A stretch of DNA of 64,000 nt from Thermodesulfobacteriota bacterium. GTDB taxonomy: Bacteria > Desulfobacterota_D > UBA1144 > Nemesobacterales > Mycalebacteriaceae. The notes beneath the pieces are model-generated. The model ran no database searches, had not been told where the DNA came from, and saw nothing but the letters and a program-made list of their open reading frames with translations. Positions 39,820 to 48,412 of this stretch are shown one piece after another. The DNA is taken from assembly GCA_965205855.1 (NCBI GenBank), contig OZ242184.1, positions 224,001 through 288,000 on the forward strand. Direction: 5' to 3'. Position 1 is the stretch's first letter, and every line of letters starts with the position of its first letter. The position numbers and the translations under genes were made by a program.

Positions 39820-40194
39820 TTAAACAAGGATGCGAAGGGTCAGCAGATAGATATGCAGTTCCGCCTGCCGGACGGCGCGGGACGGCAAAATCTTTTTCCG
39901 GTTTGCCACTCCGTTGAAAGCCGCCGGAAATTCCGTCCGCGCAAAGAGGACAGAGAGTTTTGAGCCGGCGCTTTCTTTTTTCACAACCGTCTGTTGAAAA
40001 TCAAGACAGTCTCCAAAAGCCGAGTGTTCGCAGTTTTCGTCCGGACTGTGGTCGGGGCAAACCCTTTTGTTTTCTGAATGGGATGCGTGAACCGCCGCGC
40101 TGTCCTGTTCCAGCATTGGACACGGGGCGGAGTTTGCCGCGGAGACGGCAAAGCCGAAAATTAAAACAAAAAATACAACGGCAACACGCAACAT
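39820..40194 (-). CDS. Secreted Cys/His-rich protein, putative metal-sensing leader
   Basis: Signal MLRVAVVFFVLIFGFAVSAANSA, CPM..H..H..CPDH..CEH..DC, hydrophobic C-terminus LHIYLLTLRILV. Confidence 0.6.
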   Translation of the reverse strand: MLRVAVVFFVLIFGFAVSAANSAPCPMLEQDSAAVHASHSENKRVCPDHSPDENCEHSAFGDCLDFQQTVVKKESAGSKLSVLFARTEFPAAFNGVANRKKILPSRAVRQAELHIYLLTLRILV

Positions 40195-40254
40195 AACGAA
40201 AGAAAACTATAGTTGAATCGGCGGACTGTCAAACCGCATTTGAGAGTTTGGAAG

Positions 40255-40321
<67 letters not shown>

Positions 40322-40331
<10 letters not shown>

Positions 40332-41122
40332 GGGTTTTCTTTCAATTCCGCCACTACCATTTTCATATCGTCCCAGAGAGGGCGTTTGTATTTTTCAAAC
40401 CTCAAAAGGGCGGCGGGGTGGTATGTTACCGCAAGTTTTATCCCTCCGTAGTTGTGAAACACGCCGCGTAAAGAACCGAGCGAAGGATTTTGAAGTTTCA
40501 AAAGCGCCTTTGCCGCCACAAGCCCCAGACACACTATAACCCGCGGAGAAACGGATTTTATCTGATTTACCAGAAACGGCTCGCATTCCGCCGCCTCATC
40601 CGCCTCGGGGTTCCGGTTTTCGGGCGGTCTGCATTTCACAACATTGCAGATATACACGTCTTCGCGTTTCATTCCCATCGCCTCTATTATCTTGTCCAGA
40701 AGTTTTCCGCCTCTTCCCACAAAAGGCCTTCCCTGCTCATCCTCGTCCCTACCCGGGCCTTCTCCGACAAAAACAAGCTCGGCTTTCGGGTTTCCTTCGC
40801 CGAAAACAATCGTTCTTCTTCCGGAATGAAGTTTGCATCTTTCGCAGTCGCCGAGTTCCTTTCTTATCTCTTCAAGACTTTTTTCGCCGCCGGATTCAAA
40901 AAGGTCTGAAAACTGGCTGACCGTAACGGCTGGGTTCGTCTTTTCCGTCTGCGGTATTTTTTGAGCAGCGGCTTCCTTTTGCTTCCCAGCCGCTTTGGCA
41001 CGCACGGGGGTTTGTGCGGTTTCTTTTTCAATCATAATTTTTCCGTTTCCCACACGCGCCTGAAATTCCAGATAGGCTTTTAGCTCGTTTATTACCGCTT
41101 TTACTTCGTCGTTTCCGTTCAT
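40322..41122 (-). CDS. Uracil-DNA glycosylase family 4
   Basis: CERCKL, VFGEG, VGEGPG..ED..GRPFVG, NVVKCRPP.NR.P, TYHPAALLR; ATG 41122. Confidence 0.93.
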
Positions 41123-41210
41123 CCGCCGCACGGCTTTGTATTTGAAAGCCAACTTCCTGTTGTCTACAATATACATTCCAACAAGACGGTAATGAAGGTT
41201 GCCGCCGTAA

Positions 41211-43679
41211 ATGTCCATAATGGAAAAAATCTACAATCCCCAAGCGGTTGAGAAAAAGTGGCGGAAGATATGGGAGAAAAACGGCTCCCGCAGTCGCGGC
41301 GCGGATTGCGCAAAACCCGGATTCTATGTTCTGGAGATGTTTCCATATCCGTCCGGACGCATACACATGGGGCATGTCCGCAACTATACGATAGGGGATG
41401 TGATAGCCCGTTACAAAAGAGCGTCCGGTTTTGAAGTTCTTCACCCGATTGGCTGGGACTCTTTCGGGCTGCCCGCGGAAAACGCTGCGATACAAAAGGG
41501 TGTTCATCCCGCTGAATGGACAAAAACAAACATCGATCAGATGCGAACCCAGCTGAGAAGTCTCGGTTTTTCATATGACTGGGCAAGGGAAATCTCAACC
41601 AGTGACCCGTCATACTACAAGTGGGAGCAGTGGCTTTTTACCAGAATGTTTGAAAAAGGTCTCGCCTATCGCAAAAAAACTTTTGTGAACTGGGACCCCG
41701 AAGATAAAACCGTGCTTGCCAACGAGCAGGTCATAGATGGAAAGGGCTGGCGTTCCGGCGCGCCCGTAGAGCGCAGGGAGATAGATCAGTGGTTTCTGCG
41801 CATAAGCGACTACGCGGACGAGCTTCTGGACGGGTTGGAAAAACTTGACGGCTGGCCCGATTCGGTCAAAACCATGCAGTCAAACTGGATAGGGCGTTCC
41901 GAAGGCGTTGAGATGGAGTTTTACTCGGACGACCTTGAAGCTCCGATAACAATTTTCACCACCAGACCCGACACTGTTATGGGTGTCTCCTGTCTTGCCG
42001 TTGCTCCCGAACATCCGGCCTCTTTGAAAGCCGCGCAAACGGACGGAAAAGTGGCGAATTTTATCAAAGAGGCAAAGACGTTTGCGGTTTCCGAAGCCGA
42101 AATTGAAACTGCCCTGAAAAAAGGGGTTCCGCTTGGAATTTCCGCCGCGCATCCGGTTTCGGGCGAAAAAATACCGGTTTGGACCGCAAATTTTGTTCTG
42201 ATGAGCTACGGGTTCGGGGCGGTAATGTCCGTTCCCGCTCATGACAAACGCGATTTTGACTTTGCAAAAAAATACCGGTTGCCCGTAAAACAGGTGGTTT
42301 TTCCCCAAAGCGGGGATTTAGATACAGATTCCGGTGCCTACACCGGAAAAGGGGTTTTGAAAAATTCCGGACAGTTTGACGGGTTGTCTTCGGAAGAGGC
42401 GTTTTCCAAGGTGGCGGATTTTCTCAAACGGAGCAAAAAAGGCGGACGCGTTATCAACTACCGTTTGCGCGACTGGGGAATATCACGCCAACGCTACTGG
42501 GGGGCGCCGATTCCCGTAATTTACTGTTGCGAATGCGGAGCCGTTCCGGTTCCCGACGGGGATTTGCCCGTTACACTGCCCGCAGATGTGAATTTCGAGG
42601 GAGATGACATACCGTCCCTTGCGTCAATAGAGAGTTTTGTTTCCACGGTGTGTCCGCGTTGCGGCGCAAAGGCCCGCAGGGAAACCGACACAATGGACAC
42701 CTTTATGGAGTCTTCATGGTATTTTCTCAGATACGCCTCGCCGGATTTTAAACAGGGGATTTTTGATCCCGATGCCGTAAAAAAATGGCTTCCCGTGAAC
42801 CAGTATATAGGCGGAGTGGAGCATGCTATTCTGCACCTGCTTTATTCAAGATTTTTTGTCCGCGCTCTCAGGGATTTGGGGCTTTGTGATTTTGACGAGC
42901 CCTTTGGCGCGCTGCTTACGCAGGGAATGGTTATCAAGGATGGGGCAAAGATGTCAAAATCTCTCGGCAACACGGTTGACCCCGATGCGATGATAGAGAA
43001 ATACGGCGCGGACTCAGTGCGGCTTTTCATACTTTTTGCGGCTCCGGCGGAAAAGTTTCTGGACTGGAACGAAAAGGGCATTGAGGGGATGAGCAGGTTT
43101 CTGAAAAGGCTGTGGAATGTGGCCGTTGAGATTTCGGAAAATTACGCCGGAGAACTTTCCGATAAAAATTCTGACTCTTATATTTCCACTATTGTGGAAA
43201 GTGAAAAACTTGAAATTGAAATAAACAAGACAATAAAGAAAGTGACCGATGATATCGAGCGGTTTCATTTCAACACCGCGATTGCCGCGCTTATGGAGTT
43301 TCTCAACCGGTTTCCAAAAAAGGTGGATGGCAATATGTCATTTTTCCTGAAGGGTTTTGTCGAAAAAATTGCAGTGCTTCTTTCGCCGATAGCTCCCCAT
43401 TTTGCCGAAGAGATTTGGGAAATTCTCGGCAATAAAAAATCCGTGTTTCTTGAGCCGTGGCCAGAATGGGACAAATCCCGCGTTAAAAGTGAAACTGTTA
43501 CGGTTGTTTTTCAAGTTAACGGAAAAGTTAGGGCGCAAATGGAAATGCCCGCAGGCTCAACCGAAGACGAGATAATACAAACCGCTTTTGCAAATGAGTG
43601 CGTGAAGAATTTTACCGGTGGAAAGAAAATAAAAAAAACCGTTGTTGTGCCGGACAAACTTGTAAATATTGTTGTTTAA
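41211..43679 (+). CDS. leuS: Leucine-tRNA ligase
   Basis: [38 protein letters not shown]. Confidence 0.97.
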   Translation: MSIMEKIYNPQAVEKKWRKIWEKNGSRSRGADCAKPGFYVLEMFPYPSGRIHMGHVRNYTIGDVIARYKRASGFEVLHPIGWDSFGLPAENAAIQKGVHPAEWTKTNIDQMRTQLRSLGFSYDWAREISTSDPSYYKWEQWLFTRMFEKGLAYRKKTFVNWDPEDKTVLANEQVIDGKGWRSGAPVERREIDQWFLRISDYADELLDGLEKLDGWPDSVKTMQSNWIGRSEGVEMEFYSDDLEAPITIFTTRPDTVMGVSCLAVAPEHPASLKAAQTDGKVANFIKEAKTFAVSEAEIETALKKGVPLGISAAHPVSGEKIPVWTANFVLMSYGFGAVMSVPAHDKRDFDFAKKYRLPVKQVVFPQSGDLDTDSGAYTGKGVLKNSGQFDGLSSEEAFSKVADFLKRSKKGGRVINYRLRDWGISRQRYWGAPIPVIYCCECGAVPVPDGDLPVTLPADVNFEGDDIPSLASIESFVSTVCPRCGAKARRETDTMDTFMESSWYFLRYASPDFKQGIFDPDAVKKWLPVNQYIGGVEHAILHLLYSRFFVRALRDLGLCDFDEPFGALLTQGMVIKDGAKMSKSLGNTVDPDAMIEKYGADSVRLFILFAAPAEKFLDWNEKGIEGMSRFLKRLWNVAVEISENYAGELSDKNSDSYISTIVESEKLEIEINKTIKKVTDDIERFHFNTAIAALMEFLNRFPKKVDGNMSFFLKGFVEKIAVLLSPIAPHFAEEIWEILGNKKSVFLEPWPEWDKSRVKSETVTVVFQVNGKVRAQMEMPAGSTEDEIIQTAFANECVKNFTGGKKIKKTVVVPDKLVNIVV

Positions 43680-43700
43680 AACACGAGAGGTTTATGAAAA

Positions 43701-44756
43701 TTGGACAAAAAATTGCTTGATAAAAAAGTTGAAGCAGTGGAAGTTTCCGCCGGGCAAAGCGTTTCGGATTTAATTTCCGCGATGTCAAAAACCGGGTTTC
43801 AGGGCAGGAGCCTCGCCCGTACGGTTGGGGTTTTTGAGAAAATAATATCCGATCCGGATGTTACGGTATTCCTTGGTTACGCGGGCTCTCTGTCCACAAC
43901 CGGACAGTGGAAAATAATTAACTGGCTTATTGAAAACCGTTTTATAGATGTGCTTGTTCCCACCGGAGCGAACATCTCCGAAGACATAGTTGACGCAATG
44001 GGTTTTGATTATTTTCAGGGTTCTGCGAAAGCGGATGATACGACGCTTTTTTCCGAGGGAATAAACCGTTATTACGATGTTTACGGTAAAGAAACGGACT
44101 ATCTTGAGATGACGGAGATGATAGCGGATTTTATTATGACGCTTGACGATAAAAACAGATATTCGTCCCGCGAGTTTCTGCGGCTTTTCGGCATGTATCT
44201 TTCCGGAAAGAAAATAGACTCTATCGTCTGCGCCGCCGCAAAAAACGGCGTTCCAATTTTTTGTCCCGCAATTGTCGACAGTCCATACGGGGACGCCGCA
44301 CTTATTGCCGAAAGCAAAGGTTTTCACCTTACGATAGACGCGATAAAAGACTATGTGGAATTTATGGAAATGGGAGAAAAAGTCAGGGAGACGGCGGTAA
44401 TTTACATAGGTGGCGGAGTTCCGAAGGATTTTATTCAACTTTTCGCGGTAACCGGCGACCTGCTTTACAAGGAAAGGGCTGTTCCCGGAAGAAAGCAAGG
44501 GCTTGTCAGAAAAGGAACCGGCTCCACCGAAACCTATTATCCGCACAAATACGCGATTCAGATAACAACCGATTCGCCGCAGTGGGGCGGTTTGAGCGGC
44601 TGCACTTTTGAGGAGGCGGTTTCCTGGGGAAAGGAAAACCCCGAAGGCGGGCTTGTGCAATGTTATTGTGATGCCACAATCGCGCTGCCGATTCTTTCTC
44701 AGGCGCTTGCGGAGAGGGTAAAAAAACCGAGAAAGGGAACCGAGTTCGGATTTTGA
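43701..44756 (+). CDS. Deoxyhypusine synthase-like protein (probably polyamine synthesis)
   Basis: GFQG, TGAN, IGGGVPKDF, GGLSGCTFEEAVSWGK (catalytic Lys), DATIALP. Confidence 0.9.
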   Translation: MDKKLLDKKVEAVEVSAGQSVSDLISAMSKTGFQGRSLARTVGVFEKIISDPDVTVFLGYAGSLSTTGQWKIINWLIENRFIDVLVPTGANISEDIVDAMGFDYFQGSAKADDTTLFSEGINRYYDVYGKETDYLEMTEMIADFIMTLDDKNRYSSREFLRLFGMYLSGKKIDSIVCAAAKNGVPIFCPAIVDSPYGDAALIAESKGFHLTIDAIKDYVEFMEMGEKVRETAVIYIGGGVPKDFIQLFAVTGDLLYKERAVPGRKQGLVRKGTGSTETYYPHKYAIQITTDSPQWGGLSGCTFEEAVSWGKENPEGGLVQCYCDATIALPILSQALAERVKKPRKGTEFGF

Positions 44757-44778
44757 GAGTCTAAGGAGGATTTATAAA

Positions 44779-45540
44779 ATGAGATTAAAGGGAAAAACCG
44801 CCTTAATAACGGGCGGGAGCGAAGGGATTGGAAAAGCGACCGCTTTGTTTTTTTGTAAAGAGGGCGCGAAGGTGGGAATTATGTCCAGAACCGCGAAGAA
44901 TCTCCGCAAGGTTGTCTCCGAAGCGAAAGGGCGCGGAGAGATAAAGGTGTTTGCGGGCGATGTTTCAAAGGAAAAAGACGCAAAAAAAGTTGTAAACGCA
45001 TTTTACAAAAAATTCGGCAAAATTGATATTTTATTCAACAACGCCGGAATTTTTGAAGGCGGAACCGTTGTTACGACTTCAAATGATGTGTGGCAGAGAA
45101 CGATGGACATAAATGTAAAGGGTGTTTTTCTGATGAGTAAATATGTTGTTCCCCTGATGGCGAAACACGGCGGTGGTTCAATAATAAACAATTCAAGCGT
45201 TCTCGGAATTGTGGGAATGGAAGATTGCATGGCGTATAACGCCTCAAAAGGTGCGGTCAGGCAAATCACCCGAAGCATGGCGCTTGACCATGCCAAGCAG
45301 AATATAAGGGTTAACTCTGTCTGCCCCGGTTACATAAAAACAAAAATGGATGTTGAATTTATGGGAAATCCTCCGGACGCCGAGGAGCGGCTTGATGAGA
45401 TAGCGGCGGGGATGATACCGATGGTTAGAAGGGCGGAGCCGCTTGAAGTGGCGCAGTCGGTTCTTTTTCTCGCTTCGGACGAATCAAAATATATGACGGG
45501 TTCGGACTTGGTTATTGACGGGGGTTGGACGGTTCTTTAG
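44779..45540 (+). CDS. Short-chain dehydrogenase/reductase
   Basis: TGGSEGIG, NNAG, YNASKG, IRVNSVCPG, DGG. Confidence 0.93.
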   Translation: MRLKGKTALITGGSEGIGKATALFFCKEGAKVGIMSRTAKNLRKVVSEAKGRGEIKVFAGDVSKEKDAKKVVNAFYKKFGKIDILFNNAGIFEGGTVVTTSNDVWQRTMDINVKGVFLMSKYVVPLMAKHGGGSIINNSSVLGIVGMEDCMAYNASKGAVRQITRSMALDHAKQNIRVNSVCPGYIKTKMDVEFMGNPPDAEERLDEIAAGMIPMVRRAEPLEVAQSVLFLASDESKYMTGSDLVIDGGWTVL

Positions 45541-45544
45541 AAAA

Positions 45545-45955
45545 ATGGGCGATATAGAAACAAGGGAAGATATAGAACTGCTTATAGACAGGTTTTATGA
45601 CAAAATTCTTGCCGATATGATTATCGGTTTTATATTCTCCGATATTGCGAAAATAGATCTTGATAAACACAAGCCGGTTATCTGTGATTTTTGGGAAACG
45701 GTTCTTTTCAACAAAGCGGTTTACAAGCGCGGCGGAGAGGTTATGAATGTTCACAAGGAATTGAATAAAAAAATTCCTCTTAAGAAGGGGCATTTTACTA
45801 GGTGGCTTTTTCTTTTTTCTTCAACGGTGGACGAGTTGTTTGCTGGCAAATGCGCGGAATTTGCTAAAGAAAGGGCGAATTCTATTGCGGCGTTGATGCA
45901 AAAGAGGATAGCAGGGAATGTTTCGGCACAGGGTTTGGCGATTGACAGACTATGA
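45545..45955 (+). CDS. Group III truncated hemoglobin
   Basis: DIETREDIELLIDRFYDK..D..IGFIF, H..VICDFWE, HFTRWL.LF..TVDELF. Confidence 0.88.
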   Translation: MGDIETREDIELLIDRFYDKILADMIIGFIFSDIAKIDLDKHKPVICDFWETVLFNKAVYKRGGEVMNVHKELNKKIPLKKGHFTRWLFLFSSTVDELFAGKCAEFAKERANSIAALMQKRIAGNVSAQGLAIDRL

Positions 45956-46582
45956 CTCATTTCCAAACTTCCCCGTAATTCTCCGCGCCGCCTCTTCTGC
46001 ATCCTGTTGCCCGAAAATTGCCGTAATTACGGCAATCCCATCCACGCCGGTTTTCAAAACATTGACTACATTCTCCGGAGTTATTCCGCCAATGGCGAAG
46101 ACAGGGATTTTCAGTTTTTCCTTCGCTTCTCTCAAAATTTCAAATGGGGTCGGTTTTCTGTCCGGTTTTGTCGGGGTGAAATACGGGGTTCCGAATGCAG
46201 CGTAGTCCGCGCCCGCTTTTTCGGCGTTTATTCCACTTTTAATCTCCCCGTAACACGAAACGCCTATAATCGCATTTCCGCCGAGCAGTTTTCTTGCTTC
46301 TTTTACCGATTTGTCCTCTCCGCCGAGGTGAACCCCGTCCGCTCCGATTTTTTTCGCAATCTCAGGGCTGTCGTTGATTATCAACGGTGCTTTATATTTT
46401 TGCGTGATTTCAAGAAGGGCTTTTCCCTTTCGGATGATTTCGTCCTCATTTTCGTTTTTTTCGCGCAGTTGAATGATTGCCGCGCCGCCCTTTATAGCCG
46501 CCTCCACGGTTTCAGCAAAGCGGTTTGCCGGAATAAGTTTCGCATCTGTTATCGCGTAAAGTCCGCGCGGGTCAAAATTCAT
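45950..46582 (-). CDS. thiE: Thiamine-phosphate synthase
   Basis: LYAITD, QLREK, LIIND, GVHLG, IIGVSC, TPTK, AIGGI. Confidence 0.94.
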   Translation of the reverse strand: MNFDPRGLYAITDAKLIPANRFAETVEAAIKGGAAIIQLREKNENEDEIIRKGKALLEITQKYKAPLIINDSPEIAKKIGADGVHLGGEDKSVKEARKLLGGNAIIGVSCYGEIKSGINAEKAGADYAAFGTPYFTPTKPDRKPTPFEILREAKEKLKIPVFAIGGITPENVVNVLKTGVDGIAVITAIFGQQDAEEAARRITGKFGNES

Positions 46583-47967
46583 CGGGTGTCTGTTTTTTCA
46601 ATCCGTCTGAAAATGGCGTCCCGAACGGTCTGGTAATTGTTGGGCAGTTCCAACGGACTGTTGCGGAATTTGCGGTTTGTTCCGCTGATTTTGCCTTCGT
46701 GGTATCCGATTTTGAACTCAACAAATTTTAAGCCGTGCGCAGTTGAGATAATGACCACTTTGTCTGTTTTTTTGAAAGTTTTTTGCGCTTGAAGTTTCAG
46801 AAAAACCGCAAGCGCCACTCCGGTGTGCGGACAGTTGAAGGTTCCGGTTCTGTCCGCCATTGCCGAAGCATCCGAAAGCTCCTTTTCGGACGCCTGTTCA
46901 ACAATTCCGTTGAACTCTTTGAGCGTTTTTATAGCCTTATTCACGCTTACGGGGTTTCCTATCTGAATCGCGTTGGCGAGGGTCTTTTTCGCCCTTACGG
47001 GTTTGAATTCCTTGAATCCTTTTTTGTAACTCAAATACAGCGGGTTGGCATTTTTGGATTGCGCGCACACAATACGCGGCAGCTTTTTTATCAATCCCAG
47101 TTCGCGCATCAAAAGAAACCCTTTTCCGAGCGCGGACACATTGCCGAGGTTTCCGCCCGGAATTATTACCCAATCCGGCACATCCCACTTGAACTGCTGG
47201 CACAGTTCAATGCTTATGGTTTTCTGCCCCTCAATTCGAAGGGAATTGATGGAATTGGCCAGATATATATTGTGGTCGCCGGTTATTTTTTGAACCATTT
47301 TCATACAGCCGTCAAAATCGGTGTCGAGAGAGAGGACTATCGCTCCGTTTGAAATGGGCTGAACAAGTTGAGCAAGAGACACTTTCCCTCTGGGAAGAAA
47401 AACTATCGCGGGAATATCCGCCGCCGCGCAGTAGGCGGCAAGCGCCGCGGATGTGTCTCCGGTTGAGGCACAGGCAACCGCTGGAATGTCTTGTTTTTTT
47501 CTCCTCATATGCCGGACAACCGATACGAGAACGGTCATTCCGAGATCTTTGAAAGAGCCCGTGTGACTGTTTCCGCACATCTTTATCCAGATGTCGTTCA
47601 TGCCAATCTGTTTGCCGAACCGCTCCGCCCAGAACAGGTTGGTTGAGCCCTCATACATTGAAACTATGTCTTCGTCCCGCACGACGGGGCAGACCCATTC
47701 TTTTTTCCCCCACACGGAGCTACCGTGGGGCCATGACTGGTTTTTGTAGCGATGGTCAAACAGATCTTTCCACTCTTTCGGCGAAGTTTTCGCAAGAAGT
47801 TTTCTGTCGTGCGTAACTTCAAGCAGTTCGTTGCAGCTGCGGCAACGGTATATAACTTCATCAATCTTGTAGGTTTCTTCGCATTCGGGATTGATGCAAC
47901 TGAGCCAAGCGCGGTATTCGGGAACGGTTTTTTGTTTTCCGGCGGACTTGGCGGTGGTTTTGGGCAT
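46579..47967 (-). CDS. thrC: Threonine synthase
   Basis: HTGSFKDLGMT (PLP Lys), CASTGDTSAA, RIEGQKT, PGGNLGN, STAHGLKF; ATG 47967. Confidence 0.93.
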   Translation of the reverse strand: MPKTTAKSAGKQKTVPEYRAWLSCINPECEETYKIDEVIYRCRSCNELLEVTHDRKLLAKTSPKEWKDLFDHRYKNQSWPHGSSVWGKKEWVCPVVRDEDIVSMYEGSTNLFWAERFGKQIGMNDIWIKMCGNSHTGSFKDLGMTVLVSVVRHMRRKKQDIPAVACASTGDTSAALAAYCAAADIPAIVFLPRGKVSLAQLVQPISNGAIVLSLDTDFDGCMKMVQKITGDHNIYLANSINSLRIEGQKTISIELCQQFKWDVPDWVIIPGGNLGNVSALGKGFLLMRELGLIKKLPRIVCAQSKNANPLYLSYKKGFKEFKPVRAKKTLANAIQIGNPVSVNKAIKTLKEFNGIVEQASEKELSDASAMADRTGTFNCPHTGVALAVFLKLQAQKTFKKTDKVVIISTAHGLKFVEFKIGYHEGKISGTNRKFRNSPLELPNNYQTVRDAIFRRIEKTDTR

Positions 47968-48023
47968 AGCGAAAAATACAGCACGCAACGGGCGGGTGTC
48001 AATTGCTTCCGTTCCCCATACGC

Positions 48024-48052
48024 TTGACACAAAATCCCTTTTGAAAGACAAT
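48024..48052 (+). promoter_or_regulatory. Sigma70-like promoter for tRNA-Val(GAC)
   Basis: TTGACA-17 nt-GACAAT, 15 nt upstream of the tRNA. Confidence 0.5.
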
Positions 48053-48067
48053 AACCCCGCTTTTAAC

Positions 48068-48142
48068 GAGCGCGTAGCTCAGCGGGAGAGCGCTTGCCCG
48101 ACACGCAAGAGGTCGCTGGTTCAATCCCAGCCGCGCTCACCA
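48068..48142 (+). tRNA. tRNA-Val(GAC)
   Basis: GAGCGCG/CGCGCTC acceptor, CTTGC-CC-GAC-AC-GCAAG, GGTTCAATCC, ACCA. Confidence 0.95.
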
Positions 48143-48328
48143 TCTCATAATTTTGGTTAATTTCTTGTCAACACGGTCGGTTTTTTCTCAGTCATTGCAC
48201 AATGCAGACTGCCAAATCCGACCCAGACTAAAAGCAAGAGGTAGGAAAAATTCCTTGTTTTTCATAAGCGGACTTTAATCGATTTCTTTGACTTTTTCCT
48301 TAATTCAAAAGAATATGAACACTTCATA

Positions 48329-48403
48329 GGGCTCGTAGCTCAGGGGGAGAGCGTTCGCCTCACACGCGAAAGGTCGCTGGTTCAATTCCAGCCGGGCCCA
48401 CCA
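48329..48403 (+). tRNA. tRNA-Val(CAC)
   Basis: GGGCTCG/CGGGCCC acceptor, TTCGC-CT-CAC-AC-GCGAA, GGTTCAATTCC, ACCA. Confidence 0.96.
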
Positions 48404-48412
48404 GTTTAAGAG

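Noticed and set aside
46579-46600. TPP riboswitch for thiE; T-boxes for leuS or thrS
   Set aside because: thiE overlaps thrC, and the leuS and thrS leaders are too short and lack the motifs
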